A DNA stretch of 64,000 nucleotides from Eledone cirrhosa (GCA_964016885.1 OZ024748.1:1426001-1490000); one strand, 5' to 3'. Positions 1 through 14,662 are shown, counted from the stretch's first letter. Translations and numbers: made by a program. The notes: generated by a model not told the origin, from the sequence alone.

Positions 1-530
1 GGTGGTGGTGTTGAAGGTGGTGGTGATGAAGGTGGTGGTGGTGGTGGTGTTGAAGGTGGTGGTGAAGGTGGTGGTGGTGGTGGTGGTGGTGTTGAAGGTG
101 GTGGTGGTGGTGGTAGTGGTGGTGGTGGTAGTGGTGGTGGTGGTAGTGGTGGTGGTAGTGGTGGTGAAGGTGGTGGTATCAATGATGGTCAACGTGGTGG
201 TTGTGGTGGTGAAGGTGGTGAAGGTGGTGGTATCAATGATGGTCAACGTGGTGGTGGTGAAGGTGGTGGTATCAATGATGGTCAACGTGGTGGTGGTGGT
301 GGTGAAGGTGGTGGTGGTGAAGGTGGTGGTATCAATGATGGTCAACGTGGTGGTGGTGAAGGTGGTGGTATCAATGATGGTCAACGTGGTGGTGGTGGTG
401 GTGAAGGTGGTGGTGGTGAAGGTGGTGGTATCAATGATGGTCAACGTGGTGGTGGTGGTGTTGGTGGTGAAAGTAGTGGTATTAATGATGGTCGTGGTGG
501 TAAAATGTGGTGATGGTTGTGATGGTGATG
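1..530. repeat. (GGT)n-based compound repeat
   Basis: GGT runs with recurring GTATCAATGATGGTCAACG unit. Confidence 0.9.
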
Positions 531-884
531 TTAAATGAAGTTGAGTGAGAGTGAGTGTGTAGTTAAGTGAGAATGAAGAGATGAGTGAGAGTAAGAGTTC
601 ATAATTGAGTGTACACGAATGAGTAGTTGAATGTAAGTGTATGAAGACAGTTGTGAGTGAGTTGTATGTGCAAGGGCTTAATTACAGGCATAATAGGTGC
701 AGGAGAACAACAACAATGTGCAGTATGGCTCAGTGTGCAGCACAGAATACCTTTTATGGAGAGAGTGACAGGTGAAGGACCTGCTGAGTAACACTTCATA
801 TTGTAGAGTGTAGCTGGAATTAAAGAAGAGAAAGAAACATACATGAAAATAGCAGCAGCAGCTGGATCAAATGTTGGATGGAAG

Positions 885-1240
885 GAGAGGGGGGACATTT
901 GGATCAACTGTTGGAGGGGGGACATTTGGATCAACTGTTGGATTGTAGGGGGTGGTGATGGTAGTGGGACTGGTGGCAACTGGATCAACTGTTGAATCAA
1001 GAAGGAGGGGCTGAATCAACTGCTGAATCAAGAAGGAGGGCCTGAATCAACTGATGAATCAAGGAGGAGGGGGTGGGATCAACTGATGAAGGTGTGGGGG
1101 AGGATCAATTGTTGAATCTAAGAGGAGGGGCTGAATCAACTAATGAATCAAGGAGGAGGGGGCTGGATCAACTGATGAAAGTGTGGGGGAATCAACTGTT
1201 GAATGGTTGTTAGAGCTGGATCAACTGACCCTGGTCAACT
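885..1240. repeat. degenerate ~30-nt tandem repeat
   Basis: Recurring G(G/A)ATCAACTG(T/A)TGAA + GGAGGGGG. Confidence 0.75.
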
Positions 1241-1831
1241 GACATCAGTGTAAGAAGTTATTACATCATATCTACAGAATATTCCTAACATACTTCACTA
1301 GTTTTTAATACATTAGTGTATCTATACTAACACTAACCCTATTCCTAATTCTAACCCTAACCCTAGTTTAAATTCTAACATTATCTCTCACACACTCCTC
1401 CTTCAAAAACCAAATAATAAAACACAAAATGTCTACTGGTTTTAAACAAGTTTTATCTCGTTTACTGTATTTTATTTTATTCTAGCTTCTCCCTCTTAGC
1501 TCCCTATAGCTCACTCTTCTTACCTTGCACTGAACTGCACACTACAACAACATACACAACCCACTATATATTTACTTGTATTGTTAGTATTTTTTTACAT
1601 TGTAGTAACAACTGCATCAGACTTGACCCTAACAGCAGATTCTGCTAAAGGCACCCAAGGACCAGCCGGTCATATTAACCCTTTAGCATTTAAACCAGCC
1701 ACATCTGGCCAGAATTCTGTCACCTTTTTCTGTTGAAACTGGTCATACTTATGTTAAGGTATTGTTCTCAAAATAAATAATATCAATATCTTGTAGATTC
1801 GATATTATGTGAGATAAAGTGTTTACCATGA

Positions 1832-2138
1832 AAAAGCACACCTCCCATGACTTTCAGAAACATTTTTTCACGTTCAGAGTTGCTGAAGCATGGAACAAAC
1901 TACCAGCATCAGTTGTTAGCTGCCAAGACTCTGCATCCTTTGAAACCTCCATGCTTCCTGAAATTCACCAACACTACACCTGATATCCTCCATCCATACA
2001 CACGCACACATGTATTTCATGACTCATACACAGTTCATTTTCCTGATATTTGTACACCATTCTATGTACTATACATGCACCTTTTATGAGTTGTAGTGCA
2101 CCTGAGCACTGTACACAATAATTTCATTATTATTATTA
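1832..2138 (+). mobile_element. CR1/L2-type LINE 3' end nested in a TTAA MITE
   Basis: Translates KHFFTFRVAEAWNKLPASVV (CR1-like FFxxRVxxxWNxLP); tail GTGCACCTGAGCACTGTACACAATAATTTC(ATT)n recurs inverted at about 27043-27095 and 43975-44015. Confidence 0.7.
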
Positions 2139-4818
2139 AATATAGAGTAATGTAAATGTTAAAGTGTTAAACCTGGTGACAAATTAAACCTTTCTACTAA
2201 CAATTGCCTAAACTTGAATGTAAATACATCTAGAACAAACCAAAGTTATCCACGAACTCAAACAATCTGTAAACCTACATGGGATTTCACTCATCAGACC
2301 CATTCTCCACGAGGAAAAGTAAAAACAAAATATCACACTCGACCTTCTACTAAATGATGTCCCAACCTAATCAGCTAAACAATCACCGACCTACAACCGT
2401 TACTGTTGTATTGGGGATGACGGACATCATCAGGCTGCAGCTGTTGTATTACGTAGTTTGTGGGAGGAAGGAGACAGTAAAGTAAAGCGGTGGGTGGGTG
2501 GGGGGATGTGTGTGTGTCTGAGTGTGAGGGAGAAACAGGGAGAGAAAGGGAGAGAGGGAGAGAGAGATGTGCAGACAGACAGAGAGAGAGAGAGAGAGAG
2601 TGGCATGTGCAGAGAGAGAGTGTGTGTGTGTGTGTTTGAGTGAATGTGTGAGTGTGAATGTGTGAGTGTGTGTGTGTATGTGTGTGTGTATGTGTGTGTC
2701 TGAGTGTGAATGTCTGAGTGAATGTGTTGAGTGTGTGTAAAGAGAGAGAGAGACCGCCATGTTGGAAATGAGTTACATTCCAAGTAAATTGACTATTAAA
2801 CAGTGATTAAATAATCCCCTGTTATTGGTGCTAAATGATGCTGAACTGGGAGGGTTGACTACTTAGTGGTAGAGAGCAGGATCAGTGAGGCTAAATAAAA
2901 CACGCAGTAAAGACAGACTGTAGTGGTACTAACTACTAACTCAGGGACATTTTACCAATAGTGGGGGAACTAGCGAGAGAGAGGTGAAAAAAAATATATA
3001 TATGTTGGTAACTATACATATATAAATATACACCCATATATATTCACACATATACATATATATATGTATATATATATATACACACATATACACATATATA
3101 CACACATATACATACATATATATATATACACATATATATATACAGACATATACATATACACATATATACACACATATACATACATATATACACACATACA
3201 CCCACATATATATGCATATGCACACAAATATACCCCCCCCCCCCACACACACACACACACATACATATATATGTGTGTGTGTGTATATATATATATCCCC
3301 CCATACATACATATATAGTAGTAACTTAATAGATTCACGGAAAAAATATCCCCCGTCATCAAAAGATCAAACAAACTAAAGCCAATAATATTTAAGAGAG
3401 AAAAATTAGCTGAATTAGAGTTGATCCTGATTAGTTTAATGGTAATCTAAGTGGCAGTTAATCAATGATGAATTAACACAGTTTCAGGTAACGAGGAATT
3501 AATGTACGGATATTAAAATATATAATAATTGTTTCTACTTTTGGCACAAAGCCAGCAATTATCCAGTGTATTACTGGTACTTTATTTTATCGACCCCGTG
3601 AGGATGAAAGGCAAAGTTAACCTCGGCCGGATTTGAACTCAGACAGTAAAGGGCATAACTCTATGTTTCAAAGCATGGCCAAAATGGTCTGGAAAGTTGA
3701 AATAAAACTATCACCATATATGGAAAACAGGGACATATGTTGATAACGAGGAGGTGAGGGGAGGAGGGTGATAATGAAGAGGAGGAGGAGGAGAGGATTA
3801 TAATGAAGAGGAGGAGAATGATGATGAGGAGGAGGAGGAGAATGATGATGAGGAGGAGGAGTAGGTGGTGGATTCCACAGATACGAGTACCCTTAACGTA
3901 ATTCTCACGGAGATTCGGCGTGTGACAAAATAAGCCTTTTGAATTACAGGTACGGTCCATCTGACGGGCTTCCAAACAGTTTCCGTCTACCCAATTTCAC
4001 TCTCAAGACATTGGTCAACTCGTGGCTATGGTAGATGACACTTGCTCAAGATGTTACGCAGTGGGGATTGAACCTGGTACCTAGCGATTGCAAAGTAGAT
4101 TTCTTAACCATTTGGCAACGGCTGTGTACACGATTATCAAATATTTGGCATTGTTTTAGTGTTGCATGAGAGAGAGAGAGAAAGGCAGACAGAGAGAGAG
4201 AGAGACAGGCAGAGAGAGACAGATAAAGAGGGAGGGAGGGAGACAGATAGAGACAAACAGAGACTGGCAGAGACAGATAGAGAGAGAGATCAAACAGACA
4301 TACAGAGACACAGAGAGAGAGACTTTCACCAGTCATTCCCAATTGTAAATAGTAAAACTATGTGAAACGAAGAAAACAAACTTTTTATTTAGTTTTCGTC
4401 TGCTGGGAAATTAAAATTCATAGTTTGCGAATACATTTACTTATTTATTTATTTGTCTTCTGTACGAACTATTTGACAGATTACGTGAGAAAATAAAGAT
4501 TAAATTGAATGAGAAATAAATAAAATATCTTCCTCGTTGTTTAACAAATGTAAAAAAGATATGATAAAAATGTGGTCAATAGGTACTTACAAATTATAAA
4601 ACCTTTTTATATATCGGCAAACATATTATATAATTGTGTTTAATACATATCGGACTATTGAATAAGGAGAATGAAAATAAATATTGAATAAAGAGAATAT
4701 GTATGTATGTACATTATATATATATATATATATATTGTATATATATATACACGCACGCATTTTGTACGTATTATGAAATTTATATTGGTGGGAACTAAAA
4801 TTTGACTTGGTTGTTCTT

Positions 4819-4873
<55 letters not shown>

Positions 4874-5420
4874 CAGTTAACGTCCGTTAAACGATTTGGG
4901 AATACGGAAGATGATGTGGTTGAGAGGAAGAGCAAAGCCTGGGCGGCGTGCCACAGCTTGAGATCGGTGTGGAAGTCGGACCTTCGTAAAGTCCTGAAGA
5001 TCCGCCTCTTCATTGCTGTAGTGGAGTCTGTGCTGCTGTACGGATCTGAGACTTGGACACTGACCAAGAAACTCACTTAGATGGTGGATGGGTGCTACAC
5101 GAGAATGCTGAGGATGGCTCTGAACATTAATCAGTATACACTGAGGATGAAGAACTCAGAGCTGTATGGGAGCCTCCCAAAAGTCAGCTCAAAAGTGACA
5201 CAGGAGACTGAGGTTAGCTGGACATGCTCACCGACATCCAGAGTTGACACTGCACTCAGTGCTCCTGTGGCAGCCCCTGCATGGACACACTGGAAGAGGA
5301 AAACCGAGGTTAACGTATGTTGATGCCCTAAGGACAGACACTGGTCTGTTGGAGACGCAGGGCATGGCAGCGATAATGGGGGACAGAGACCGCTGGAGTG
5401 AACTTGTCCCATGTATCTCG
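4874..5420 (+). mobile_element. decayed RTE-like LINE 3' fragment
   Basis: KIRLFIAVVESVLLYGSETWTLTKKL*..DGCYTRMLRMALN; stop and frameshift; GKPRLTY; starts in a (TG)n run. Confidence 0.85.
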
Positions 5421-6210
5421 GGAATTTTACCCGCTCTAGATAGATATATAGGTTATTGGCAGAGGACTTTTGTATAATGTTATATGTATTCGAGAGTTCA
5501 GATGACATGGGAAAAAGTGTTGAGGTAAGATCTCAGGTGGATGAACCACACAATACGACAGTAGAGATTACAAAAGACCATTAGTATCAGACATTACAAC
5601 ACTCAGCAAACCTATTTAACACAAACTAATAGGAAGAAGAAGAAAACCAAAAAGGGGAAAAATTAGAGAAATAATACGAACATTAAAATGATAATGATGC
5701 GATTAATTCTGGTGATGTTATTGGCACTGAAATATATCTTGGGATTACAGTTATTCTGAGTCATTCTATGGCTGGATGTCCTTCGTTACGACTACAGTGT
5801 GGACGGGGTGCATTTTGAGGTGGCACCAAAACGATTATCTGACAGGGTGAACTGAATGTATGTTTGGCAAGATACCAACACGACTACTTTTGTGGTAACT
5901 AGGTGTTTTTGTGTCATGGTACTAATACGACCATATGATAGGGTGGACTGGGTATTGTTTTTATTGTCATGGCAACAAACGACCACCTGACAGGGTGGAC
6001 TGTGTGCTTTTTTCGTTGTGACACCAAAATGATAATCTAACAGGATGGACTGGGTGCCTCTTTTCGTTGTGGCACCAAAATGACCATCTGATAAGGTGGA
6101 CTGGTTGTTTTTTTGTCGTGATACCAGCACGACCACATACACATACGAGTATACATTTTATGCTAACCTTTCACACCTCCTCATCTACAATACTGTACAA
6201 CTACTTAAGC

Positions 6211-6354
6211 CAGTGGTTCCCAAAATAGGTTCCGTGGTTCCCAAGGGTTCCGCAAACAAGTGTCTATATAACAGTATTAGATTTTGGGTCCCCCCCCCCC
6301 CCAAAGGTTCTGAACCAAAAGGCGTTCCGCGTTTGAAAAAGTTGGCAAACCCTG
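6211..6354. mobile_element. hAT-type MITE
   Basis: TIR CAGTGGTTCCCAA / TTGGCAAACCCTG; imperfect 8-bp TSD ACTTAAGC/ACTTAATA. Confidence 0.7.
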
Positions 6355-6543
6355 ACTTAATAAATCACTCATTGCTGTTCCAGCAAGTCCAGTAAAGTCT
6401 ATACTTCCACACAGTTCCCATTTACTAAATTTCATTTACAAACCAATGGTCAACACCAAAGACTATGGAGGAAGATATTTTACCCAAGGATAGAACCGAG
6501 AACCACGTAATTGTGAAACTAACTTCTTGACCACACAACCACC

Positions 6544-6759
6544 TTAACCCTTTAGCATTTAAACCGGCCGTATCCTGCTAGAACTCTCTAGCCTTTATCT
6601 GATCAAACCAGCTGTAACTGGCTGCTCATATCTACATTAAGGTATTGTTCTGAAAATAAATAACATCAAAATATCGTAGATTCGATATTATGTGAGATAA
6701 AGCCTTTACTGTGACAATACAATAGTAAATATAGAGTAATGTAAATGGTAAAGTGTTAA
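6544..6759. mobile_element. TTAA-flanked MITE (piggyBac-like); other copies 1675-2170, 30586-31305, 32522-32735, 58156-58301
   Basis: TIR TTAA|CCCTTTAGCATTTA...TAAATGCTAAAGGG|TTAA (degenerate) with shared internal sequence in five copies. Confidence 0.8.
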
Positions 6760-7747
6760 GTTTTTCACATACACCCCACCTCCCTTTCATGATATTGTTT
6801 TGTTTATAGTTCCATACACATCTTTTCTCTTTTACTTTCTCTCTATCAAATTAGAAATCTCCTTGTTTTGTAAGGGCACAACCCTATCTATCTAAAAAAC
6901 AAAACAATGTGTGTGGGTGTATGTATACACACACACACACACACACTCACTCACACACAAACGTAGTGTTTGGGGAGAGGTTATCATCAAAATATCAAAA
7001 CTGCTCAATAATCCTTATATTAGAAGTGTGAAGAGTCTATTGTATGTGGTAACTAGGATTAAACCTATAATCCTAGTTACCACACTGAGACACACATTAT
7101 ATATATATATACATATATATATATATACACACATACACGTGTGCGTTTGTGTGTTGTGAGTGTGCGCGGGCACACATGTAAAAAAAATCAGAATCTGAGA
7201 AAAACTGCTAGTTATCAGCCTAGGACATGTTTCAGTTTTATTAAACCTCCTCAGCAAACGTCACTGTACTTGCTGAAATAGATGTACAGTATTGCAGCAA
7301 ATATAGTGAAGTGTAACTAGAAAGGTGTAATAATACTGAAACATAGCCAGAGTTGTCTCCCATACCTGTTGAAATAACTATGATATTTATTAACTAATAT
7401 CTTTTCTCTTTACAACATAATTCACATAAGTTGTTTTTAATACGTACATCATTAAATGTTAACACAAACTTAATTGTTTTCCATGCAGATTACGCCTCTG
7501 AGTAATTTATTCTCTAATAGAAACAAGTTAGTCCATATAAATGATAATTATTATAATGTTGAAGATGATGATGATGATAATTATTATGACGATGTTGATG
7601 ATGATGACGATGATGATCATCATCATCATCATTATAATAAAGATATTGATGATGATCTATATTTCCATGGATTACAAGAATGTGAAATGTCAACGATATA
7701 TATATATATCGATAGATTGTTCTAGACTGTAAAACCTGAACTCAGAC

Positions 7748-7788
<41 letters not shown>

Positions 7789-8026
7789 TTACGGTGAGAA
7801 GAAGATTCAAACAAGACTTGTTTGTACTTTGTTCACAGAATGTTTCCTCAATGAAATGTAACCTGCTTTGTGTTTAGTGATTCACACACATGCTTTTCCC
7901 ACGACCACCCATTAGTATATAGGACAAGGCAAGCTGAGTGTATGTGTGTGTATATATATATATATATTATATGTACGTATATATATATATATTATATGCA
8001 CGTATATATATATATATTATATGCAC

Positions 8027-8105
<79 letters not shown>

Positions 8106-8275
8106 GGTGTGTGTGTGTGTGTACGTAAACATATCGAAGGTATAGAGTAACTCAAATCCGCAGGGCGAGTTTGAATATAATTATTAAGGTTCATTTTTAT
8201 CGGCACAGGTTGAACAAGATCTTCAGAGCTAACGAAACGTACGTGCCTGGTATGCCGTTGTAGTAACTGGCCTTA

Positions 8276-8321
<46 letters not shown>

Positions 8322-9619
8322 CCTCGACCTTCCAACCTCCTCTTTTTCCTAACTTTATTCTTTTTAAATAAAAGACTAACGTCCAATAAGTCGAACATTC
8401 CTTTCTCTTTTGTAACAAGCAAGAACATAATGATACTATGTAATTGCATTTCAAGTTGGAGGGCTCATACACAAAAAAAAAAAAAATTAGAATATACAGC
8501 AAACCCTCAATTTTACGTATAAAAGTCAGCTTATCGCAAGTAATTGGAATTGAAAAGCTAAAAATAAAGGTATTAAATTCAAAAATTCTAACCATCCTAA
8601 AACTAAAAAGCCCAGTAAAGGGCGCAAATAAATCGCTGCGGGTGTCGCTGGTGGGGCGCCCCACTGCATTGGGTCCGAGCCAATTGAACTCACAACCTTT
8701 CGATTGCAAGCCCAATGCTCTAACCACTAAGCCATGCGCCTTCACCTTGCTCTTGATGCAAATCTACAATTCTTAACCTGATGAAATTTCAGGATTCTTG
8801 AAGAAATTGACGTAAGACTGTTAATATGTAATAGATTGTGTTGTATACAAGGATACTAAAGTTAAATTCATATAAAACTTTTAATGTACGGTTTATATTG
8901 TGTTGAACACAAGACTACTAACGTTAAATTAATATAAACCTGTTATTGTTTGTTATGTAATAACCTTGTATATAAAATAACGTTTTTATTATCATAGCTG
9001 TTGACCCTAGAGGTCAATATAAAAAGAATTATCATGTGGTGGTGGTGGTGAAGGAAATATCGTGAACTGACGGGATGAGGGGGAATAGAGAAATATGTTA
9101 ATCAGTGGCATATAGGAATGGACGTGAGTACTGAAAGGAATTTGGATGTTTAAACCTACCGTTTAGCATTCCACTGTCTTTAAAAGAAAAATTCTTTTTT
9201 CAAACTTAATGCCATTTGGTTAATAAAATCATCTTTTTTAAATAGTGAGGTGTGTGGAATTATTTAAAGAAGAGCTATTGTTATTTAACCCTGAGTCAAC
9301 CATCGATCAGAAAACTATAATTAAAGGCTTTCCAGATGTGACCATTCCGCCTTTTTATTTTTATTTTTTTAATAGTGTGCTTCGGGTAAAATTTGCCAAT
9401 GTGTCGTTCCATTTTCAGGTCCTCAAACGTATAAAGATGGGTTGAATATTGCCGGCCACTAACAATTCTGCAGATTCACCACATTATATCATTGTATTTA
9501 AAAACAAAAAAAAAACAAAACAACTAGATTCGGCTTTTATTATGGCTTGGTCAGTGGAGAAAGGACAGCACCCACAACCGTTTCCAAGTCCTCATAACAG
9601 CTGAAAACAGACCTGTACC

Positions 9620-9897
9620 CAGAGGCATAACTAGGGAAAATAGCGCCTATGGCAAGCAGTGAAATTGCACCCCTGTCCAGCACTGTATGGGCCTAATTAT
9701 ATAAATGGTTTAATGATCCAGCCATGATAATGTTTCTTACCCATGATAATCAGAGACAGATCATACATCTGAAGGAGTTTCTTTTTTCACCCTCCGACGA
9801 GGCTTATTTGACTTTAATAGAACGTGTTCCTAGTCCAAGTGGCGCCCCTTGCATGTGGAGCCCATGGCACGTACCATGCTTGCTAGTTACGCCTCTG
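9620..9897. mobile_element. MITE with 15-bp TIR
   Basis: CAGAGGCATAACTAG ... CTAGTTACGCCTCTG. Confidence 0.7.
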
Positions 9898-10344
9898 CTT
9901 GGAACAGGGATCTCTGCCAAAAGCGACTAAGGACCATGTAATGTTACAGGAATCGTGTTGTTGTTGGTGGTTGTGGAATGAAGCCAGGCGAAGGATTAAG
10001 TCATTTATTAAATCACAATTGAACTAAACAAATTTCTAATTTGTATATTTGCAATAAGCCTGGAGGGGAGATGGGCTCTACCAGGTTTTAAATGCCCAAG
10101 AAACGCCGTATGTCAATACAGCGCCCCTACAACTCCATCAGGAGTTACAGGTCCGTACATACATATTTGCAATAAACATGTTATCGATAACATCATTACG
10201 GTTTAAAAAAACAATAAATTGCGGATGTACCATTGATTATTTCCGGATAAGATAGCGTGACCAACAAGGAAATTGATCAGTAATGATGAAATGTAGATTT
10301 TTTAACGTCTGTACAGACGGACTACAAATTCTGATGGTCTATAC

Positions 10345-10507
10345 TAGGCATGGGCAACCTTTTTCGAGCAGAGGGTCTCGTCGGATGTGGTTCATCATAC
10401 GGCGGGTCGCACTACTAAAAAGCCAAGGCAATTTTAAAATTAGGCCGGCCACTCAGAAAACAAAACGGGCCGCGTGCGGCTTGCGTACCGTAGTTTGCCC
10501 ATCACTG
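10345..10507. mobile_element. hAT-type MITE
   Basis: TIR TAGGCATGGGCAA / TTGCCCATCACTG; 8-bp TSD GTCTATAC/GTCTATTC. Confidence 0.7.
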
Positions 10508-12247
10508 GTCTATTCTATAGATTCAATACTATGGGTGAAAAACTCTTCATCCGCAGACGAAATTTTTCTCGCAATCAAGTTTAAAACTTGCCAGCTAAAG
10601 AAGTCTGAAAGAATTCATATGTTTAAAATGGTTTAACTCTCAAAAATTTAGTATCAATATAAGTTACATATCTATGAATTTATAAAATCAATTTTTTTCA
10701 GCACAAATATGTACCCCCGTAGATTTAAAATTCCTATACATTTAAAACTCCTGACATATACAGTTAACTTTCTAGTGATGTACGGAGAAAACCATACCAG
10801 TTGTATTTCATACACAAACAAATAAACCCTGTGGTAGATGTACAAAGAACATAGTAAGGACACTTGAAATGAAGTATTAACACAGTGTGAAAATGTTTTA
10901 TTAAAATAATTGTTTCTACTTTTGGCACAAGGCCAGCAATTACCCAATGCATTACTGGTACTTTATTCTATCGACCCCGGAAGGATGAAAGGCAAAATTA
11001 ATGACTGTAACAAAGGTATTTCGCTTCCTACACGAACACATTTTTGTTAGACTGACCATTTTCATAAAACGCAGAGGCTCAGTCTATATATAAGGAATGT
11101 CAACAAGGAAAAAAAAGGCATATAATGATGATATACATTAACGCTTGATAAACTAGAGAAAGACTTAATGTTTCGGGCGTTAGTCTTTTATCGAAAGAGA
11201 GAGAGGTGAGAGAAGAAATAGAGAAATAAACGGGAGTAAGAAAAGAAAGAAAACAGGAATTTGTTTAGACAGGAAGAAAGCACATGTGTAGTTAACTATT
11301 TTCGTTATCGTATGCATAACATGCATTATTATACATGAAGATATAACATACATTATATACAGAGAGACAGGCATAATGAAATTTGATAACTTACATTTAA
11401 ACACAAACACTTAACTCTATATTTTTATTTCCTAGTGTCAACATTTTCGCCGCACTGTCTGCGACCTGGTTAACTGTGTTTTTAATGGTTAAAATAACTC
11501 CCCAAGACAGTGTGTCTGTGAGTGTGTGTAAGAAGGTTCAAAGTATGTAATGTATGTATGTGTGATCATGGAACAAAGAGAAAAAGATTCAATAATATTT
11601 TATTAGAAATTTAAGCTTCCAATAAAGCATACATATATACTATACATGAAACGATGACATACATACATACTATACATGAAACCATGGCATGCATGTATAC
11701 ATGCATACATACATACATACATAAATATATACTATACATGCAACCATGAAATATATATATACATGCATACATTAAATATATACATACACACACACACATA
11801 CATACATACATGAAATATATACATGCACACAGACAACATCCATATACACATATATAGAGAGACAGACGGACATAACATAACATACATATAAGTGTTGGAT
11901 ATTTTTTGTTTTGTTAATGTATAAAATTGTTTAGATCCAGGTCAACCATGACAGAAGATCTATCATGAAAGACATTCAGGTTGTGACCATCCAGCCTTAT
12001 CGTAGATATCTAGGACTACATTATACAATGTTTCACCTTATTTCTTTAACATGGTAGGGGTCTGGTTTAACTGAAGTAGGTCGCACAACCATTTAGGACC
12101 ATGCTAGCGTATAGAATGTTTGAGCTCCGACTGTGTCCACGCGAAAATGTATACACACTTCAACAGCATTCTAATAAATATTGCTTGTACAGGTAATCAA
12201 AATAAATACATTTGGGGGAGGATACCCCGTATATATATATATATACA

Positions 12248-12439
12248 CAGTGAAATTCGGTTATAACGAAATTCACTTCACGGGGTATAAAAAAAATTCG
12301 TTGTAATGAAAAATTATTTATAACGAGATCGACCAAAACAAATCGAGCATTTGTTTGTCATCACCACTGGGATTGAAAAAAAATTCGTTATACTGGAAAA
12401 TTCGTTATAATGGTATTCGTTATAACGGAATTTTACCTG
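12248..12439. mobile_element. Tc1/mariner-pogo-like MITE; second copy 46155-46309
   Basis: CAGTGAAATTC(C/G)GTTATAACG ... CGTTATAACGGAATTTTACCTG, TA flanks. Confidence 0.75.
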
Positions 12440-12522
12440 TATATATATATATATACGGTATATATCGGTATGTAGTTGATGGACGAGAAAAAACAGTGTT
12501 CAATACCGTAGTAGAGTTTAAA

Positions 12523-12578
12523 GTATTGTCTGATGACCCTGTGTTGTGTGTACAGGTGAAACTTCAGAGTAACAAGAC
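12523..12578 (+). ncRNA. type-I hammerhead motif (second family)
   Basis: GTATTGT-CTGATGA-CCCTGTG...TACAGGT-GAAA-CTTCAGAG-TA-ACAAGAC; GUA triplet; first stem II pair mismatched. Confidence 0.6.
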
Positions 12579-12646
12579 TCACTACTTAGTCATAATAAAG
12601 TTCTCATTTTGGTATCACCATCGGTAATTCACTGAATCAACTACAC

Positions 12647-12680
<34 letters not shown>

Positions 12681-12785
12681 CAAATAAGCAAAGATGAAAA
12701 TTAAGACATTTGTTTTCCTTATGCGTGTTACTACAAAAATTTAAAGGAGTAGTGAAAAACCTTGCTCAAGCTCCTCTATTCATTC

Positions 12786-12829
<44 letters not shown>

Positions 12830-13809
12830 CTATATTATAATCTGAGCATTTCTTAAGGAATTAGATATTAATTTTGCTCGTTTTCGTGTCATCACAGAAT
12901 TTATAACATTTAAAGTAACGTCTGTGAAATAGGATTCCTGTAAACAATTACATGATATATTACATGATATATATATAACGGGGGGGGGGGGCCTAGATTT
13001 TCCCCAGTATTTGTTTACTCCGAGTTTCCCGTTGCTCCAGTCCACTCAGCTAACAAAAATGTGTTGTACCTGTAATTCAAAGAGCCAGCCAGCCTTGTCA
13101 TATACAATGATACGCTGAATCTCCCTGAGAACTAAGCTAAGGGTGCACATGTCTGTGGAATGCTCAGCCACCCGCAGTCAGTACCGTGTTCCAGTTTTTC
13201 GTTCGTTCGAGCAACTGGAACACTCGTCATCGGAACCGACAGGTGAGAGATATAGGTGCGTGTGTGTTTGAATGAGTGAAAAAGGTAACTCACCGTCTCC
13301 GAACAAATCCTGAAAAATGCCATTCCAATTGGTACTCCTTGCTCGAGTATTTGAAGTCATTCCAATAGAGAAGATTTATTTGTCCTTGTTTAAATTAATT
13401 TGTTAGGTTTAGTTAGTTAAGTTTGTTGTTTGTTATTATTGTACGTTCCGTCAACGTCCTACATGATTTTAACCACCAGTCTTTAATAACAATAAATGTT
13501 GCACATAAATAAATATATATTATATATCATATAAATAAATATACACAGGTAGATAGCAAGGGAAGACTCCCATTTAACTTATAATACCGTCTATCTTTAC
13601 GTCTGTTTACCCATGTTATGTCCGTGGTCGATATAATATGAGGCAGTCATACCCTGGACTATAACTTCAAAGCCACTTGTTTGTTTCACTCACTCTCTTA
13701 CTCTGTCGTCTTTTCCTTCTCACTTTCTATCTTTCCCTCACTACCTCACAACATATCTCTCTTTCTCTTCTCTGCTACTCACTACGTTTGTCTATCTTTT
13801 TTTATATTT

Positions 13810-13848
<39 letters not shown>

Positions 13849-14609
13849 ACTCATTATACCAGTCTGTCTCTTTTGATCTCTCTCTCTCTGCTATTCATTA
13901 TATCAGTCTGTCTCTTATGATATTTGTCATTCCCTCTCTCTCTGCTACTCATTATATCAGTCATTCTCTCTCTGCTAGTCTTTGTATCTGTCTGTCATTT
14001 TCTCCCTATCACTTCTCTATCTGTCACTCTCTGACATCACCCCTTCTCTCTATATGTCTATCTCTCTCACTCTTCCTCTCTCTCTATCAATATTGCACTT
14101 TCGATCTAGCTCACATGTCTCCTTCCCCCTCTTTATCACTTTCTTTTTCTCCTTCTCACTCTCCCTCTCAACCTCAAATTCACTTACCCCCTTTTTCTAT
14201 CTGTATATCGCTTCTCTGTCTCTGTTTTCTTCATCCCCTAACTTACTTTCCTCATTCACAAACACACTCTTTCTTTAGTAATCTATCTTTTTTCCTGACC
14301 CCCCCTTCCCTATTTTCTTTCTATCTTTTTCAAAGCCCTATCACTCACATTTCCCTTCTTTCTTGTTTCCCCTACATTCATTATCAAACTTCACTCTACC
14401 TGACCCTCATCTCTGTTTTTCCGCTCTTCATTCACCCCCCCCCCCCCTACAACCCACACACACCTTCGTTCATTTCAATTCTCTCCCACTTCCATTCAAT
14501 AAACTCCTCATACTACAACTTCTTAATGAGGAAAATACATAATTTGACCAGAGTTCCATCTGCCTCTACATCTATCTTATCTTTTTATCAATATATCTGT
14601 CTCTCTCTA

Positions 14610-14662
<53 letters not shown>

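Noticed and set aside
1327-1366. Telomere-like CCCTAA repeats
   Set aside because: Only a few degenerate units; not a telomeric array
2270-2305. Minus-strand CTGATGA-GT-GAAA
   Set aside because: No room for stem II and no convincing stem I
8770-8822. CTGATGA...TTCAGGATTCTTGAA-GAAA hammerhead-like stretch
   Set aside because: Stem I and III register does not fit cleanly; at most a relic
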